Source: an uncultured Pelagibacteraceae bacterium (GTDB lineage Bacteria > Pseudomonadota > Alphaproteobacteria > Pelagibacterales > Pelagibacteraceae). From it: a DNA stretch of 58,674 nt. Position 1 is the stretch's first letter. Each line of letters begins with the position of its first letter. The stretch is taken from the NCBI GenBank assembly GCA_902558205.1, contig CACECY010000001.1, positions 1 to 58,674 of the forward strand, read 5' to 3'. The position numbers and the translations under genes are program-made. The notes below the pieces were generated by a model, which ran no database searches, was not told where the DNA came from, and saw only the letters and a program-made list of their open reading frames with translations. Below are positions 21,292 through 35,231 of this stretch, piece after piece.

Positions 21292-23208
21292 TTAATTTTT
21301 CACAACTCTTATTGTCTCTTTTTGAAACAAAATATTAACAATTTTCTTAGAAATTTGAGAACTGTTTAATCCAGCTTTATCGTACATTTTTTTTGGATCA
21401 TCTTGTTCAATAAATTCATCTGGTAAAGTCATTGATCTAAATTTTAAACCTTTATCAAATACTCCTCTTTCAGCTAATAAATTTTTAACATGAGAACCAA
21501 AACCACCAATTGATCCTTCTTCAACAGTTATCATAAGCTCATGTTCCTTAGCAGATTTTAGTATAAGTTCTTCGTCTAAAGGCTTAGCAAATCTGGCATC
21601 TATCAAAGTTGTTGAAACTCCTTTTGCTTTTAGTTCTTCTGTAGCTAATTTGCATTCTTCAAGTCGAGTTCCGAGGTTTAAAATACAAACTTGTGTCCCT
21701 TGTTGAACAACTCTCCCTTTACCAATTTCAATTTTTTCGTCTATTGATGGGAGATCAACACCTACTCCAGTTCCTCTTGGATATCTAATTGCAGAAGGTC
21801 TATCATTTATATCTATTGAAGTATTAATCATTTTAACTAGTTCAGCTTCATCACTTGCTGCCATTACTACAAAGTTAGGCAAAGTTGATAAGTAAGTTAT
21901 ATCAAATGAACCAGCATGTGTTGAGCCATCAGCACCAACTAATCCTGCTCTATCTATCGCAAATCTGACTGGTAAACTTTGGATGGCAACATCGTGGACA
22001 ACTTGATCATATGCTCTCTGTAAAAATGTAGAATAAATTGCAGCATATGGTTTGTATCCTTCGGTTGTTAGACCGGCTGCAAAAGTTACAGCATGTTGTT
22101 CTGCTATTCCTACATCAAACATTCTATTTGGAAACTCCTTTCCAAAAATATCCATACCAGTCCCTCCTGGCATCGCTGCTGTTATTCCTACTATTTTGCT
22201 ATCTTTTTTGGCATGTTTAACTAACGTGTTTGCAAATACTTTTGTATAAGCTGGAAGGTTTGATTTGCTCTTTAATTGTTCGCCAGTCTCAACATTAAAT
22301 TTTGACACTCCATGATAATGATCATTTGCTTTTTCTGCATAAGAATAACCTTTTCCTTTTTGAGTTTTGATATGGATCATTATAGGACCCTCATGTCTTG
22401 ACTCTTTTGCGTTTTTTAAAATTGGAACTAAGCTTGATAAATCATGACCATCTATAGGACCTGCATAATAAAAACCAAGTGAACTAAACAATGTACCTCC
22501 AGTAACTGCTGAACGGAAAAAATCCTCTGCTTTTCCTGCTTTAGCACTAAATCTTTTTGAAAATGCAGATGTAATTAACTTTAAGGTTTCTCTAAGACTA
22601 AAATATATTTTACCAGTAAATAATTTTGCCAAGTAAGTTCTCATTGCTCCAACTGGTTTTGCAATTGACATGTCGTTATCATTTAAAATAACAATTATTT
22701 TTGTTTTAGATGCCCCAGCATTATTCATGGCTTCATAAGCCATACCTGCACTAATTGCTCCATCACCTATTACAGCTATTACATTGGAAGACTTATTTTC
22801 TAATTTATTTGCCTCTGCAATTCCTAATGCAGATGAAATAGATGTTGAACTATGTGCTGCTCCAAATGGGTCATACTCACTTTCAGATCTTTTTGTAAAA
22901 CCTGATAAACCATCGCCCTGTCTTAAAGTTCTAATTTTATCTTTTCTTCCAGTTAAAATTTTATGTGGGTAAGATTGATGGCCAACATCCCATATTAATT
23001 TATCATTTGGGGTATCAAAAACATAATGAAGTGCAACTGTCAATTCAACCACTCCCAAACCAGCACCAAGGTGACCTCCTGTTTCTGAAACAGCACTTAT
23101 CATTTCCTCCCTCACCTCATCTGCTACTTTTTGTAAATTATCTTCAGAAACTTTTCTTAAATCAGATGGAAAGTTGATATTATTTAAAAATTGATAATTT
23201 TTTTTCAT
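21292..23208 (-). CDS. dxs: 1-deoxy-D-xylulose-5-phosphate synthase
   Basis: [40 protein letters not shown] and DRAG motifs. Confidence 0.97.
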   Translation of the reverse strand: MKKNYQFLNNINFPSDLRKVSEDNLQKVADEVREEMISAVSETGGHLGAGLGVVELTVALHYVFDTPNDKLIWDVGHQSYPHKILTGRKDKIRTLRQGDGLSGFTKRSESEYDPFGAAHSSTSISSALGIAEANKLENKSSNVIAVIGDGAISAGMAYEAMNNAGASKTKIIVILNDNDMSIAKPVGAMRTYLAKLFTGKIYFSLRETLKLITSAFSKRFSAKAGKAEDFFRSAVTGGTLFSSLGFYYAGPIDGHDLSSLVPILKNAKESRHEGPIMIHIKTQKGKGYSYAEKANDHYHGVSKFNVETGEQLKSKSNLPAYTKVFANTLVKHAKKDSKIVGITAAMPGGTGMDIFGKEFPNRMFDVGIAEQHAVTFAAGLTTEGYKPYAAIYSTFLQRAYDQVVHDVAIQSLPVRFAIDRAGLVGADGSTHAGSFDITYLSTLPNFVVMAASDEAELVKMINTSIDINDRPSAIRYPRGTGVGVDLPSIDEKIEIGKGRVVQQGTQVCILNLGTRLEECKLATEELKAKGVSTTLIDARFAKPLDEELILKSAKEHELMITVEEGSIGGFGSHVKNLLAERGVFDKGLKFRSMTLPDEFIEQDDPKKMYDKAGLNSSQISKKIVNILFQKETIRVVKN

Positions 23209-24077
23209 TTTTTTCTATTCAATATATAGCCTAATGTTTGATTTATTTTTTCAGATCTTGAACCATATTTTTTTAAATTCTTATTAATATCTTCTATTAT
23301 CTTATCACAATACTTAAGTGAGTCATCATAGCCTATTAAATTTATAAGTGTTGCCTTGCCTTTTTTTTGATCTTTTCCTGTTTTTTTCCCAGCTTCCTTA
23401 GAATTACTTTTCAGATCAATTAAATCATCAGCTATTTGGAATAATAGACCAATTTTTGATCCAATATTTTCAAAAAATTTAATTTCTTGGATTGTTTTTT
23501 TCTTAATTATTGCTGGAGCTGCACAACAAAAACTAAATAACATTCCAGTTTTTTTTATTTCCATTTCTAATATTTTATTCCTTGATATTTTCTTTCTCTC
23601 ATAACTTAAATCTAAATATTGCCCACCAGCTATTCCTAAATGTCCTGAACATTCTGATAATTTTTTGATTAGGTTTATCTTTATCTTTTCATTTAATTTC
23701 AATTTAGGACTTGATAAAATTTCAAAAGCTAAAGTCAGTAATGAATTTCCTGCTAGAACTGCTGTAGACTCTCCAAATTTAATGTGAGCTGAAGGTTTTC
23801 CTCTTCTTATATCATCATCATCCATGCAGGGTAGATCATCATGAATAAGAGAGTAAGCATGAATGCATTCAACAGCCGACCCAACTATTATCAATGTTTT
23901 ATAATCTATTGAGAATAATGACCCTAAGTCGATTAAGATTTTAGATCTTATTTTTTTTCCACCTGGAAACAAACCATACTTCATGGGTGACATGAGCTGA
24001 GAGTATTTCTGTGAATTAATATATTTTTTAAGGAATATATTTGTGTCCTTAGCTATTTTATTAAGCTGTTTTTTCAT
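23205..24077 (-). CDS. ispA: Farnesyl diphosphate synthase
   Basis: [20 protein letters not shown] and FQIADDLID; xseB-ispA-dxs synteny. Confidence 0.94.
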   Translation of the reverse strand: MKKQLNKIAKDTNIFLKKYINSQKYSQLMSPMKYGLFPGGKKIRSKILIDLGSLFSIDYKTLIIVGSAVECIHAYSLIHDDLPCMDDDDIRRGKPSAHIKFGESTAVLAGNSLLTLAFEILSSPKLKLNEKIKINLIKKLSECSGHLGIAGGQYLDLSYERKKISRNKILEMEIKKTGMLFSFCCAAPAIIKKKTIQEIKFFENIGSKIGLLFQIADDLIDLKSNSKEAGKKTGKDQKKGKATLINLIGYDDSLKYCDKIIEDINKNLKKYGSRSEKINQTLGYILNRKK

Positions 24078-24309
24078 TTTTTTTAGTTATCTCTTTAATC
24101 TTTTTATTTGTCTGTTCCCCAATAGATTTAAAATTTTTATGAAATTTCTTTTCAATAATATTATTTAATTTTAGAAGTTCTTGATAACTGTCAACTGAAT
24201 TGTTTAAATCATTTTCCTTCTCTAGAGACTCTATAATCTTATTTGCTTTTTCTGTAAGTTCCTCAACTGAGTACTGTTCATAATCAAGTGGTAATATTTT
24301 ATCTTTCAT
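24061..24309 (-). CDS. xseB: Exodeoxyribonuclease VII small subunit (divergent)
   Basis: 82-aa helical protein (SVEEL...IIESLE...LNNSVDSY) in the canonical position upstream of ispA-dxs. Confidence 0.7.
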   Translation of the reverse strand: MKDKILPLDYEQYSVEELTEKANKIIESLEKENDLNNSVDSYQELLKLNNIIEKKFHKNFKSIGEQTNKKIKEITKKNEKTA

Positions 24310-24329
24310 ATAATAATAATTATTAATAC

Positions 24330-25262
24330 ATGAAATCTATTCAATCAAATATCAAAAAAGCAAAAAAATATTTGGATAATAATCATTGTGTTGCAGTACC
24401 AACAGAAACAGTTTATGGATTGGCTGCGAACGCTTACTCGAATAGTGCAGTTAAGAAAATATTTAATATTAAAAAAAGACCATTAAACAATCCTCTTATT
24501 GTCCATTATTACGATATTCAAAGACTTAAAGAAGACTGTGATATAAATGATAGTTTAGTAAAACTTTACAAAAAATTTTCTCCAGGTCCAATAACTTATG
24601 TTTTGAAATTAAAAAATAACTCAAAAATATCTAAATTTGTTACTAATAATAAAAAAAGTATTGCCGTACGTTTTCCTAAACATAAATTGTTAAGAAATTT
24701 ATTAAAAAATTTAGATTATCCGGTAGCAGCTCCTAGTGCAAATATATCCTCAAGATTAAGTTCAGTTAAACCATCTGATGTAAAAGAAGAATTTGGTTCA
24801 AAAATAAAATATATTTTAAATGGAGGAAAAAGTAAAATTGGAGTTGAGTCCACAATACTAAATCTTTTAGAAAAGCCCTCACTTTTAAGATATGGAGGCC
24901 TAGATACTAAAAAAATTGAAAATGTTTTAAAAAAAAAATTATTAATTAATACAAATTCAAAAAAAAAGTTATCACCTGGTTTGTTTCCGTTGCATTACTC
25001 ACCTGGGATACCTTTAAGACTCAATGTTAAAAAACCAAAAAAAGATGAGGCTTATTTATTAATAAAAAAAAGAAAATCAAAATTAAAAAACTATTATTAT
25101 TTATCCAAAGTGAAAAATATAGATGAAGCTGCAAAGAATTTATATTCAACTTTAAGAAAAATTAAAAACGATGGTTTTAAAAAGATAGCAGTTGAAACGA
25201 TACCAAACAAAGGGCTTGGCAAAACGATTAACGATAGATTAAAGAGAGCCTCTAAATATTAA
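24330..25262 (+). CDS. sua5: L-threonylcarbamoyladenylate synthase, long Sua5 type
   Basis: PTETVYGL, KKRPLNNPLIVH, APSANIS, GVESTI; C-terminal SPG..HYSP and INDRLKRA. Confidence 0.94.
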   Translation: MKSIQSNIKKAKKYLDNNHCVAVPTETVYGLAANAYSNSAVKKIFNIKKRPLNNPLIVHYYDIQRLKEDCDINDSLVKLYKKFSPGPITYVLKLKNNSKISKFVTNNKKSIAVRFPKHKLLRNLLKNLDYPVAAPSANISSRLSSVKPSDVKEEFGSKIKYILNGGKSKIGVESTILNLLEKPSLLRYGGLDTKKIENVLKKKLLINTNSKKKLSPGLFPLHYSPGIPLRLNVKKPKKDEAYLLIKKRKSKLKNYYYLSKVKNIDEAAKNLYSTLRKIKNDGFKKIAVETIPNKGLGKTINDRLKRASKY

Positions 25263-25983
25263 TGACAAATTCTATTGAAGTAATCAATCTATCAAAAAAA
25301 TATAAAGATAAAGAAGCGGTGGTTAATATAAATTTTAAAATTAATGAAAATGAAATGGTTGGTTTATTGGGACCTAATGGATGTGGAAAAACTACAACTA
25401 TTGGAATGATTTTAGGATTATTAAAACCAAGTAGTGGTGAGGTTTTAATCAACGGAGAGAATATTGAAAAAAATAAAATCTCGCTTCTCCATAAAATGAA
25501 TTTTATTTCACCATATATTGAATTACCAAAAAAACTTAAAGTTAAACAAAATTTAATTGTATATGGAAAATTATATAACATTCAAAATTTAAATGACCGA
25601 ATAGATCATCTTGCAAATAAACTTAGATTAAAAGACCTTTTAAACAAAATTACTGGAGAACTTTCTTCTGGACAAAAAAACAGGGTAAGTCTTGCTAAAG
25701 CTTTAATAAATGATCCAACGGTACTTTTGTTGGATGAGCCCACTGCTTCACTAGACCCTGAAACTGGTGATTTTGTAAGATCGTTTTTAGAAGATTACAA
25801 AAAGGAAAAAAAATATCAGTTTTACTTGCCTCCCATAATATGGAAGAAGTAAAAAGATTATGTAGTTCTGTTTTAATGATGAAAGATGGTTTAATAGTGG
25901 ATAGAGGAACTCCTGAAGAGTTAATAACAAAATATGGCAGAAGAAACTTAGAGGAAGTATTTTTAGAAATTGCGAGAAAATAA
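25262..25983 (+). CDS. ABC transporter ATP-binding protein, frameshifted at the A8 run 25806-25813
   Basis: GPNGCGKTT, LSSGQ, LLLDEPT. The -1 frame continues ISVLLASHNMEEV...EIARK* (H-loop) to TAA 25981-25983. Confidence 0.88.
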
Positions 25984-25985
25984 AA

Positions 25986-26777
25986 ATGAATTTAATTAGA
26001 ATATATGGTCTTTTTTTAAGACACTTTTATTTAATAACTAGATCATTTCCAAGAATATTAGATTTAATTTATTGGCCATCAATTCAAATTACTCTTTGGG
26101 GATTTATTTCTAATTTTTTTGCAGCTCATAGCTCTTATTACAGTGGTGCAGTTGGAGTTATTCTTTCATGTGCAATTCTATATGATTTTTTATTTAGAAC
26201 CAGTATTGGCTTTAATATGTTATTTTTGGAGGAGATTTGGAGCAGAAATTTTACAAACCTATTTATTGCACCAATGAAAATTAGTGAGATAATTATCTCT
26301 CTAGTTTTTACTGCTTTAATAAGAGCATTAATTGGTTTAATTCCAGCTATACTATTAACCTCTCCATTATTTGGTATATCTTTGCTAAAACTAGGTCTTC
26401 CTTTGGCATTTCTTTTCTTAAGTCTGTATTTATTTGGAATAACACTTGGTCTATTTGTTTCAGCAGGATTATTAAGATTTGGACCATCTTTTGAGAATAT
26501 TGCATGGTCTACCATGTTTTTATTAGCACCATTTGGATGTATTTACTATCCAGTTGAAACACTACCAGGTATCTTCGAAACAATCGCTTTCGCACTTCCG
26601 TTAGTTTATATTTTTGAGGAGACTAGAAATATCTTAGTCAATGGAGTGGTAAATTATGAAAATATCATTAATGCAATCTATCTAAACGGGTTTTATTTAA
26701 TTTTGTCAATATTTGTATTTTATTACTCTTTCGACAAAGCAAGAGATAAAGGAACTTTAATAAATATAGGTGAATAA
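25986..26777 (+). CDS. ABC-2 type transporter permease
   Basis: About 6 hydrophobic helices, EEIWSRNFTNLFIAP and YYPVETLP; follows the ATPase. Confidence 0.88.
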   Translation: MNLIRIYGLFLRHFYLITRSFPRILDLIYWPSIQITLWGFISNFFAAHSSYYSGAVGVILSCAILYDFLFRTSIGFNMLFLEEIWSRNFTNLFIAPMKISEIIISLVFTALIRALIGLIPAILLTSPLFGISLLKLGLPLAFLFLSLYLFGITLGLFVSAGLLRFGPSFENIAWSTMFLLAPFGCIYYPVETLPGIFETIAFALPLVYIFEETRNILVNGVVNYENIINAIYLNGFYLILSIFVFYYSFDKARDKGTLINIGE

Positions 26778-26779
26778 AA

Positions 26780-26856
26780 TGGTGCGCCTGCTAGGAGTCG
26801 AACCCAGAACCTCCTGATCCGAAGTCAGGCGCTCTATCCAGTTGAGCTACAAGCGC
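26780..26856 (-). tRNA. tRNA-Arg (anticodon UCG)
   Basis: Reverse complement GCGCTTG-TAGCTCAACTGGATAGAGCG-CCTGA-CTTCGGA-TCAGG-AGGTT-CTGGG-TTCGACT-CCTAG-CAGGCGC-ACCA; 77 nt, encoded CCA. Confidence 0.97.
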
Positions 26857-26879
26857 ATATAGTATTAATATTATATTTT

Positions 26880-27857
26880 ATGGAAAAAAACATTAATTTT
26901 ATAGTCAAAGATGATGAAAAAAATTTAAGGATTGATGTTTTAATTAATAAAAGGGAGGAATTAATTAGCAGGACTAGAATTAAAAATTTAATTTTAAAAG
27001 AAAAGTTAAAACTAAATAATGAAATTATTAAAAGTCCATCAAAAAAAGTCTCAATCGGTGATAAAATAAATCTTCAGATTCCAGAGCCTGAAATAGCATC
27101 CCTAAAACCTTACGAATTTAAATTAGAAATAATATACGAAGATAATGATCTATTAGTAATTAACAAACCTGCTGGAATAATCATGCATCCAGGTGCTGGA
27201 AATTATGATAAAACAATTGTTAATGCATTGATGCATTATAATAAGAATTCTTTATCAAGTATAGGTGATGAGTTAAGACCTGGTATTGTTCATAGAATTG
27301 ATAAAAACACATCTGGTTTAGTTATAATTGCAAAAAACAATGAAACTCATGAAAATTTATCAAAACAATTTAGTGATCATACGATTATAAGAGAGTACCA
27401 ACTTTTAATATGGGGAAAATTAAGACCATCTTCAGGAAGGATTGAAACATTTATAACTCGCAGTTCAAAAAATAGACAACTTATGGAAGTTAGTAGTTCT
27501 AAAGGTAAGAAAGCTATAACAAATTATAAAACACTTGAAATTTTTGAAAATCAGAAAACACCAACTTTAAGTTTAGTTGAATGTAAATTAGAAACAGGAA
27601 GAACACATCAAATAAGAGTCCATATGAATTACAAAGGTAATAGTCTAGTTGGAGATGATAAATATAAAAAAAAATATAAAAAATTAAAAAATATTGATTT
27701 AGAAATCCAAAATTCAATTACTAAATTAAATAGACAATTTCTACATGCAAAAACTTTAGGATTTATGCATCCACGTACTAAGAAAGAGATGATTTTTTCC
27801 TCACTTTTGCCACAAGATCTAAATAATATTTTAAAAATGCTTAGAAACACTAAATAA
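26880..27857 (+). CDS. rluD: 23S rRNA pseudouridine synthase, RluD/RluA family
   Basis: S4 domain, NKPAG, RPGIVHRIDKNTSG, LETGRTHQIRVH and RQFLHA; rluD-rpoH synteny. Confidence 0.93.
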   Translation: MEKNINFIVKDDEKNLRIDVLINKREELISRTRIKNLILKEKLKLNNEIIKSPSKKVSIGDKINLQIPEPEIASLKPYEFKLEIIYEDNDLLVINKPAGIIMHPGAGNYDKTIVNALMHYNKNSLSSIGDELRPGIVHRIDKNTSGLVIIAKNNETHENLSKQFSDHTIIREYQLLIWGKLRPSSGRIETFITRSSKNRQLMEVSSSKGKKAITNYKTLEIFENQKTPTLSLVECKLETGRTHQIRVHMNYKGNSLVGDDKYKKKYKKLKNIDLEIQNSITKLNRQFLHAKTLGFMHPRTKKEMIFSSLLPQDLNNILKMLRNTK

Positions 27858-27901
27858 TAAATTATTGAAAATTGAGGAAAATTAATTAAATAAACCTTGT
27901 T

Positions 27902-30896
<2,995 letters not shown>

Positions 30897-30897
30897 A

Positions 30898-32229
30898 TTA
30901 TTTTATTTTTTTTGTAATAATATTTACACATTTAAAAAGAAGAGATTTATTTTCACTTTCCCCCATTACTCTTATTTTGGACTCTGTTCCTGACTTTCTA
31001 ACCAATATTCTGCCTTTTCCCTTAATTAATTTTGATGCAAATTTTATTGAATTTTTTATCTCTGGTTTATTAATTATGTTTTTATCTTTTACCTCAATAT
31101 TTTTTAATAACTGAGGTGTTTTTTTAAATTTTTGAAAAAATTCACTAGCTCTTTTTCCTTTTCTAAGGGCAAATAATGACTCTAAAGCAACAAGTAAACC
31201 ATCTCCTGTAGTCGCAAATTTACCTAAGATAATATGACCTGATTGCTCGCCTCCTAAATTATATTTATTTTTTTGCATTTTTTCTTTTACATATCTATCA
31301 CCAACATGAGCTCGTATAAATTTAATACCTTCATTTTTAAAATATTTTTCTAAACCATAATTAGACATAAGTGTTCCAACAACACCTCCTTTTAGCATCT
31401 TTTTATTTTTCCACCTTGTTGCTAGCGCAGCAATAATTTGATCTCCATCTATGATGTTGCTTTTTTCATCGCACATAATAATTCTATCTGCATCTCCATC
31501 TAAAGAGATACCAATATGAGCTTTATTTTTTTTGACTGCCAACTTAATCTTTCCAGGAAATGTTGAGCCACAATTTTTATTAATGTTTAATCCATTGGGA
31601 TTAACACCTATTGCTATTACTTTTGCTCCTAAAGATCTCAACAATTCAGGTCCCGCCTTATAACCAGCTCCATTAGCACAATCAATTACAATTCTTAATC
31701 CCCGTAAATTAAATTCCTTGTTAAAATTCTTTTTTAAAATTTTTATATAATCTTTAGTTCCGGTTTCTAATCGTTTTACTCTTCCTAATTTTTCTGGTTT
31801 TGAAAGATTTTTTGAAATTTTTTTATCTATTAAACTTTCTATTTTTTTTTCAATTTTATCAGAAAGTTTCATTCCATCAGGCCCAAATAGTTTTAAACCA
31901 TTATCATTATGTGGGTTATGAGAAGCAGTAATCATAATTCCCATATTTGCTCTCATTACTTTAGTAAGCATTGCTAAACCATTAGTGGGGAGTGGTCCTA
32001 AAGTATAAACATGCATTCCGGCTGATGTTAATCCAGAAACTAATGCTGGTTCTAGTGTATAACCCGATAATCTTGTATCTTTAGCAATTATAGCAATTTG
32101 TTTTCTTTTTTTTTGAGATTTAAAATATGTTCCACTGGCTAAACCGAATTTAAAAAACATATCTCCATTAATATTTTTACTATTGATAGCTCCTCTAATT
32201 CCATCAGTACCAAAATATTTTTTTGTCAT
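30898..32229 (-). CDS. glmM: Phosphoglucosamine mutase
   Basis: FGTDGIRG, TASHNP, DGDADR and GGEQSGH motifs. Confidence 0.96.
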   Translation of the reverse strand: MTKKYFGTDGIRGAINSKNINGDMFFKFGLASGTYFKSQKKRKQIAIIAKDTRLSGYTLEPALVSGLTSAGMHVYTLGPLPTNGLAMLTKVMRANMGIMITASHNPHNDNGLKLFGPDGMKLSDKIEKKIESLIDKKISKNLSKPEKLGRVKRLETGTKDYIKILKKNFNKEFNLRGLRIVIDCANGAGYKAGPELLRSLGAKVIAIGVNPNGLNINKNCGSTFPGKIKLAVKKNKAHIGISLDGDADRIIMCDEKSNIIDGDQIIAALATRWKNKKMLKGGVVGTLMSNYGLEKYFKNEGIKFIRAHVGDRYVKEKMQKNKYNLGGEQSGHIILGKFATTGDGLLVALESLFALRKGKRASEFFQKFKKTPQLLKNIEVKDKNIINKPEIKNSIKFASKLIKGKGRILVRKSGTESKIRVMGESENKSLLFKCVNIITKKIK

Positions 32230-33281
32230 TAATTATTCATTATCTTTCTAAAAACTTTTATGCCTTGCATTATTTCATTAACATCATGTATTCTTAAAAC
32301 TTGAATACCTTGCATCATTAAATAAATTGAAGATGCCATTGTCCCACCAATCCGTAATTTACTATCATTTTTTCCTGACAATTTTTTAACAAAACTTTTT
32401 CTTGAGTTGCCAACAAGTATAGGAAAACCAAGTGAATGGAAAATTGAAATATTGTGTATTAAAGTCATATTATGTTTCAAATTTTTTCCAAAACCAATTC
32501 CAGGATCTAAAATTATATTATTATGTTTTATACCTTTTGATCTAATCAATTTAATTTTCTCCTCAAAAAAATCGTAAATATCCAACAATTCATTTTTATA
32601 ACTTGGATTTTTTTGCATGTTTTCTGGGGTACCTTGAGAATGCTGAATTACAAAAGGAATTTTATATTTTGTTAATACATTTAAAGTTTCACTATCAAAA
32701 TTTAAGCCTGAAACATCATTTATTAATTTTACACCTTGCTTTATACCTCTCTTCATAATATTTGATTTTCTTGTGTCTAGAGATATTGGTATTTTTTTAA
32801 TAACTGATTTCAGAATTTTATTAATTCTACTCCATTCTAAATTTTCTTCAATTTTTTTTGATCCTGGTTTTGTAGACTCACCACCAATATCAATTAATTT
32901 AGCTCCTGAGTAAAACAAATTAAATGCCTGTTCAATTCCCTTTTTTTTTGTATTAAATTTTCCACCATCTGAAAAACTATCAGGTGTTAAATTTAAAACA
33001 CCTAATATATTTGGTATATTTTGAAAATTAAAATTAGAAAAATTTTTTTTTTTTGATTTAATTTTTTTGATATCAATATCAACTTGTTTTTTAACTTTCT
33101 GCGGAAGATTTTTAATTTGATGGATAAAAATTTTTTTTTTTGATTTCCTTGTTAATACTTCTATTTGGTCAAAAGAAATTTCTTTTACTTGATGTAAAGG
33201 GATGGATTTTTTTTTTTTTACAAGATTTTTTGATTCTTTTCCATAATAGAAATTACACACTCTTGTGTAATATCTAGGCAT
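32229..33281 (-). CDS. folP: Dihydropteroate synthase with ~90-aa N-terminal extension
   Basis: NLTPDSFSDGG, DIGGEST, DPGIGFGK, SRKSF and RIHDV motifs. Confidence 0.95.
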   Translation of the reverse strand: MPRYYTRVCNFYYGKESKNLVKKKKSIPLHQVKEISFDQIEVLTRKSKKKIFIHQIKNLPQKVKKQVDIDIKKIKSKKKNFSNFNFQNIPNILGVLNLTPDSFSDGGKFNTKKKGIEQAFNLFYSGAKLIDIGGESTKPGSKKIEENLEWSRINKILKSVIKKIPISLDTRKSNIMKRGIKQGVKLINDVSGLNFDSETLNVLTKYKIPFVIQHSQGTPENMQKNPSYKNELLDIYDFFEEKIKLIRSKGIKHNNIILDPGIGFGKNLKHNMTLIHNISIFHSLGFPILVGNSRKSFVKKLSGKNDSKLRIGGTMASSIYLMMQGIQVLRIHDVNEIMQGIKVFRKIMNN

Positions 33282-33286
33282 TTAAT

Positions 33287-35188
33287 TTAATGAACTATTT
33301 TTGGTTTAAGGCCCATTACATCCATAGCCGAACCTTTGTCATCCTCAGCTTTTAAATCTTGTTTATCTTTAGGATATACATTCTTATTAAGAATATTTTC
33401 AATTTCTTCACCGGTTAAAGTTTCATAAGTCATAAGAGCCTTTGCAATCTTATGTAAATCGTCAATTTTTTCAGTTAAAATTTCTTTAGCTTTATTATAA
33501 CCTTCATCTATAAGAACTCTAATTTCTTTATCTATTTTTTGAGCTACTTCCTCTGAGACTGATTGTGTCTGTGTTACTGATCTACCTAAAAAGACTTCTT
33601 CTTGATTTTCGCCATATTCAATTGGACCCATTTCCTCACTCATTCCATATTTTGTTACCATAGCTCTAGCAAGTTGAGTAGCTTGATTTATATCCGACCC
33701 AGATCCCCCTCCAGCTCCAGTTGATATGTTGTCTTTACCAAAAATTACTTCTTCTGCAACTCTTCCTCCAAAACATACTGCCAATCTAGCTTTAAGGTAC
33801 TTAATTGAATGACCATGTTTATCCCTCTCTGGTAAATTCATAACCATACCTAGCGCTCTACCTCTTGGAATTATTGTTGCCTTATGTATGGGGTCATAGC
33901 TTGGCATATTAAAAGATACCAGAGCATGACCACCTTCATGGTAAGCAGTTAGTTTTTTTTCATCCTCAGTCATTACCATTGAACGTCTCTCTGATCCCAT
34001 CATGACTTTATCTTTGGCATCCTCAAATTCTTGTAAAGTAACAATTCTCTTATTTTTTCTTGCTGCTAATAACGCAGCCTCATTAACTATATTTGCTAAA
34101 TCTGCGCCTGAAAATCCAGGCGTCCCTCTAGCAATAGTTCTTAAATTTACGTCAGGTGCCATTTTTATTTTCTTAACATGAACTTTTAAGATTTTTTCTC
34201 TTCCAATAATATCTGGATTTGAAACAACAACCTGTCTATCAAATCTTCCTGGTCTTAATAAAGCTGGATCAAGTACATCTGGTCTATTTGTAGCTGCGAT
34301 AATAATTACACCCTCATTCGTATCAAAACCGTCCATCTCAACTAGCAGCTGGTTTAATGTTTGCTCTCTTTCGTCATTACCACCTCCTAAACCTGCTCCT
34401 CTACTTCTTCCTACAGCATCAATTTCATCTATGAATATAATACATGGAGAATTTTTCTTTCCTTGCTCAAACATATCTCTTACTCTAGAAGCGCCAACTC
34501 CTACAAACATTTCAACAAAGTCAGATCCTGAAATTGTAAAAAAAGGTACACCTGCTTCTCCAGCTATAGCTCTAGCTAATAAAGTTTTTCCAGTACCCGG
34601 AGGACCTACAAGTAAAGCACCTCTGGGAATTTTCCCACCAAGCCTACTAAATTTTTTTGGATCTTTTAAAAACTCTACAATCTCCTCGACTTCCTCTTTG
34701 GCTTCTTCTACACCAGCAACATCATTAAATGTTACTTTACCCTTTAATTCATTCATCATCTTAGCTTTAGATCTACCGAAACCCATCGCGCCACCTTTTC
34801 CACCTTGCATTTGACGCATAAAAAAGATCCATACAGCAATTAATAACAGCATTGGAAACCACGATAGTAAGACACCAAATAATGATGGCATTTTTTCTTC
34901 TAATGGTGCTGCAGAAATACTTACACCTTTATCTGATAATTTTTCTATTAGATTTGGATCATTAGGCGCATAAGTTGAAAAATTATTACCATTCGAATAA
35001 ACACCTTTTATATTATTTCCTTGAATTTCAACTTTTAATATTTCCCCATTTTCGACAGAAGTTAAAAATTCTGAAAAAATAATTTGATTTCCACCTCTTA
35101 CATTTGACTGTGGATTTTTAAACATGTTGTAAAGACCAATAGTCAAAAAAACTATTATTGCCCACATTGCTATGTTTTTAAAATTCAT
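33287..35188 (-). CDS. ftsH: ATP-dependent zinc metalloprotease FtsH
   Basis: Two TM helices, [12 protein letters not shown], second region of homology, HEGGH zinc motif. Confidence 0.98.
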   Translation of the reverse strand: MNFKNIAMWAIIVFLTIGLYNMFKNPQSNVRGGNQIIFSEFLTSVENGEILKVEIQGNNIKGVYSNGNNFSTYAPNDPNLIEKLSDKGVSISAAPLEEKMPSLFGVLLSWFPMLLLIAVWIFFMRQMQGGKGGAMGFGRSKAKMMNELKGKVTFNDVAGVEEAKEEVEEIVEFLKDPKKFSRLGGKIPRGALLVGPPGTGKTLLARAIAGEAGVPFFTISGSDFVEMFVGVGASRVRDMFEQGKKNSPCIIFIDEIDAVGRSRGAGLGGGNDEREQTLNQLLVEMDGFDTNEGVIIIAATNRPDVLDPALLRPGRFDRQVVVSNPDIIGREKILKVHVKKIKMAPDVNLRTIARGTPGFSGADLANIVNEAALLAARKNKRIVTLQEFEDAKDKVMMGSERRSMVMTEDEKKLTAYHEGGHALVSFNMPSYDPIHKATIIPRGRALGMVMNLPERDKHGHSIKYLKARLAVCFGGRVAEEVIFGKDNISTGAGGGSGSDINQATQLARAMVTKYGMSEEMGPIEYGENQEEVFLGRSVTQTQSVSEEVAQKIDKEIRVLIDEGYNKAKEILTEKIDDLHKIAKALMTYETLTGEEIENILNKNVYPKDKQDLKAEDDKGSAMDVMGLKPKIVH

Positions 35189-35195
35189 GAATATA

Positions 35196-35223
35196 AGATA
35201 AGAATTATTCTACATTTAACAAG
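35196..35223 (-). promoter_or_regulatory. Putative RpoH-type promoter of ftsH
   Basis: Minus strand CTTGTT-N15-CTTATCT-N7-ATG. Confidence 0.45.
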
Positions 35224-35231
35224 TGTCAAAA

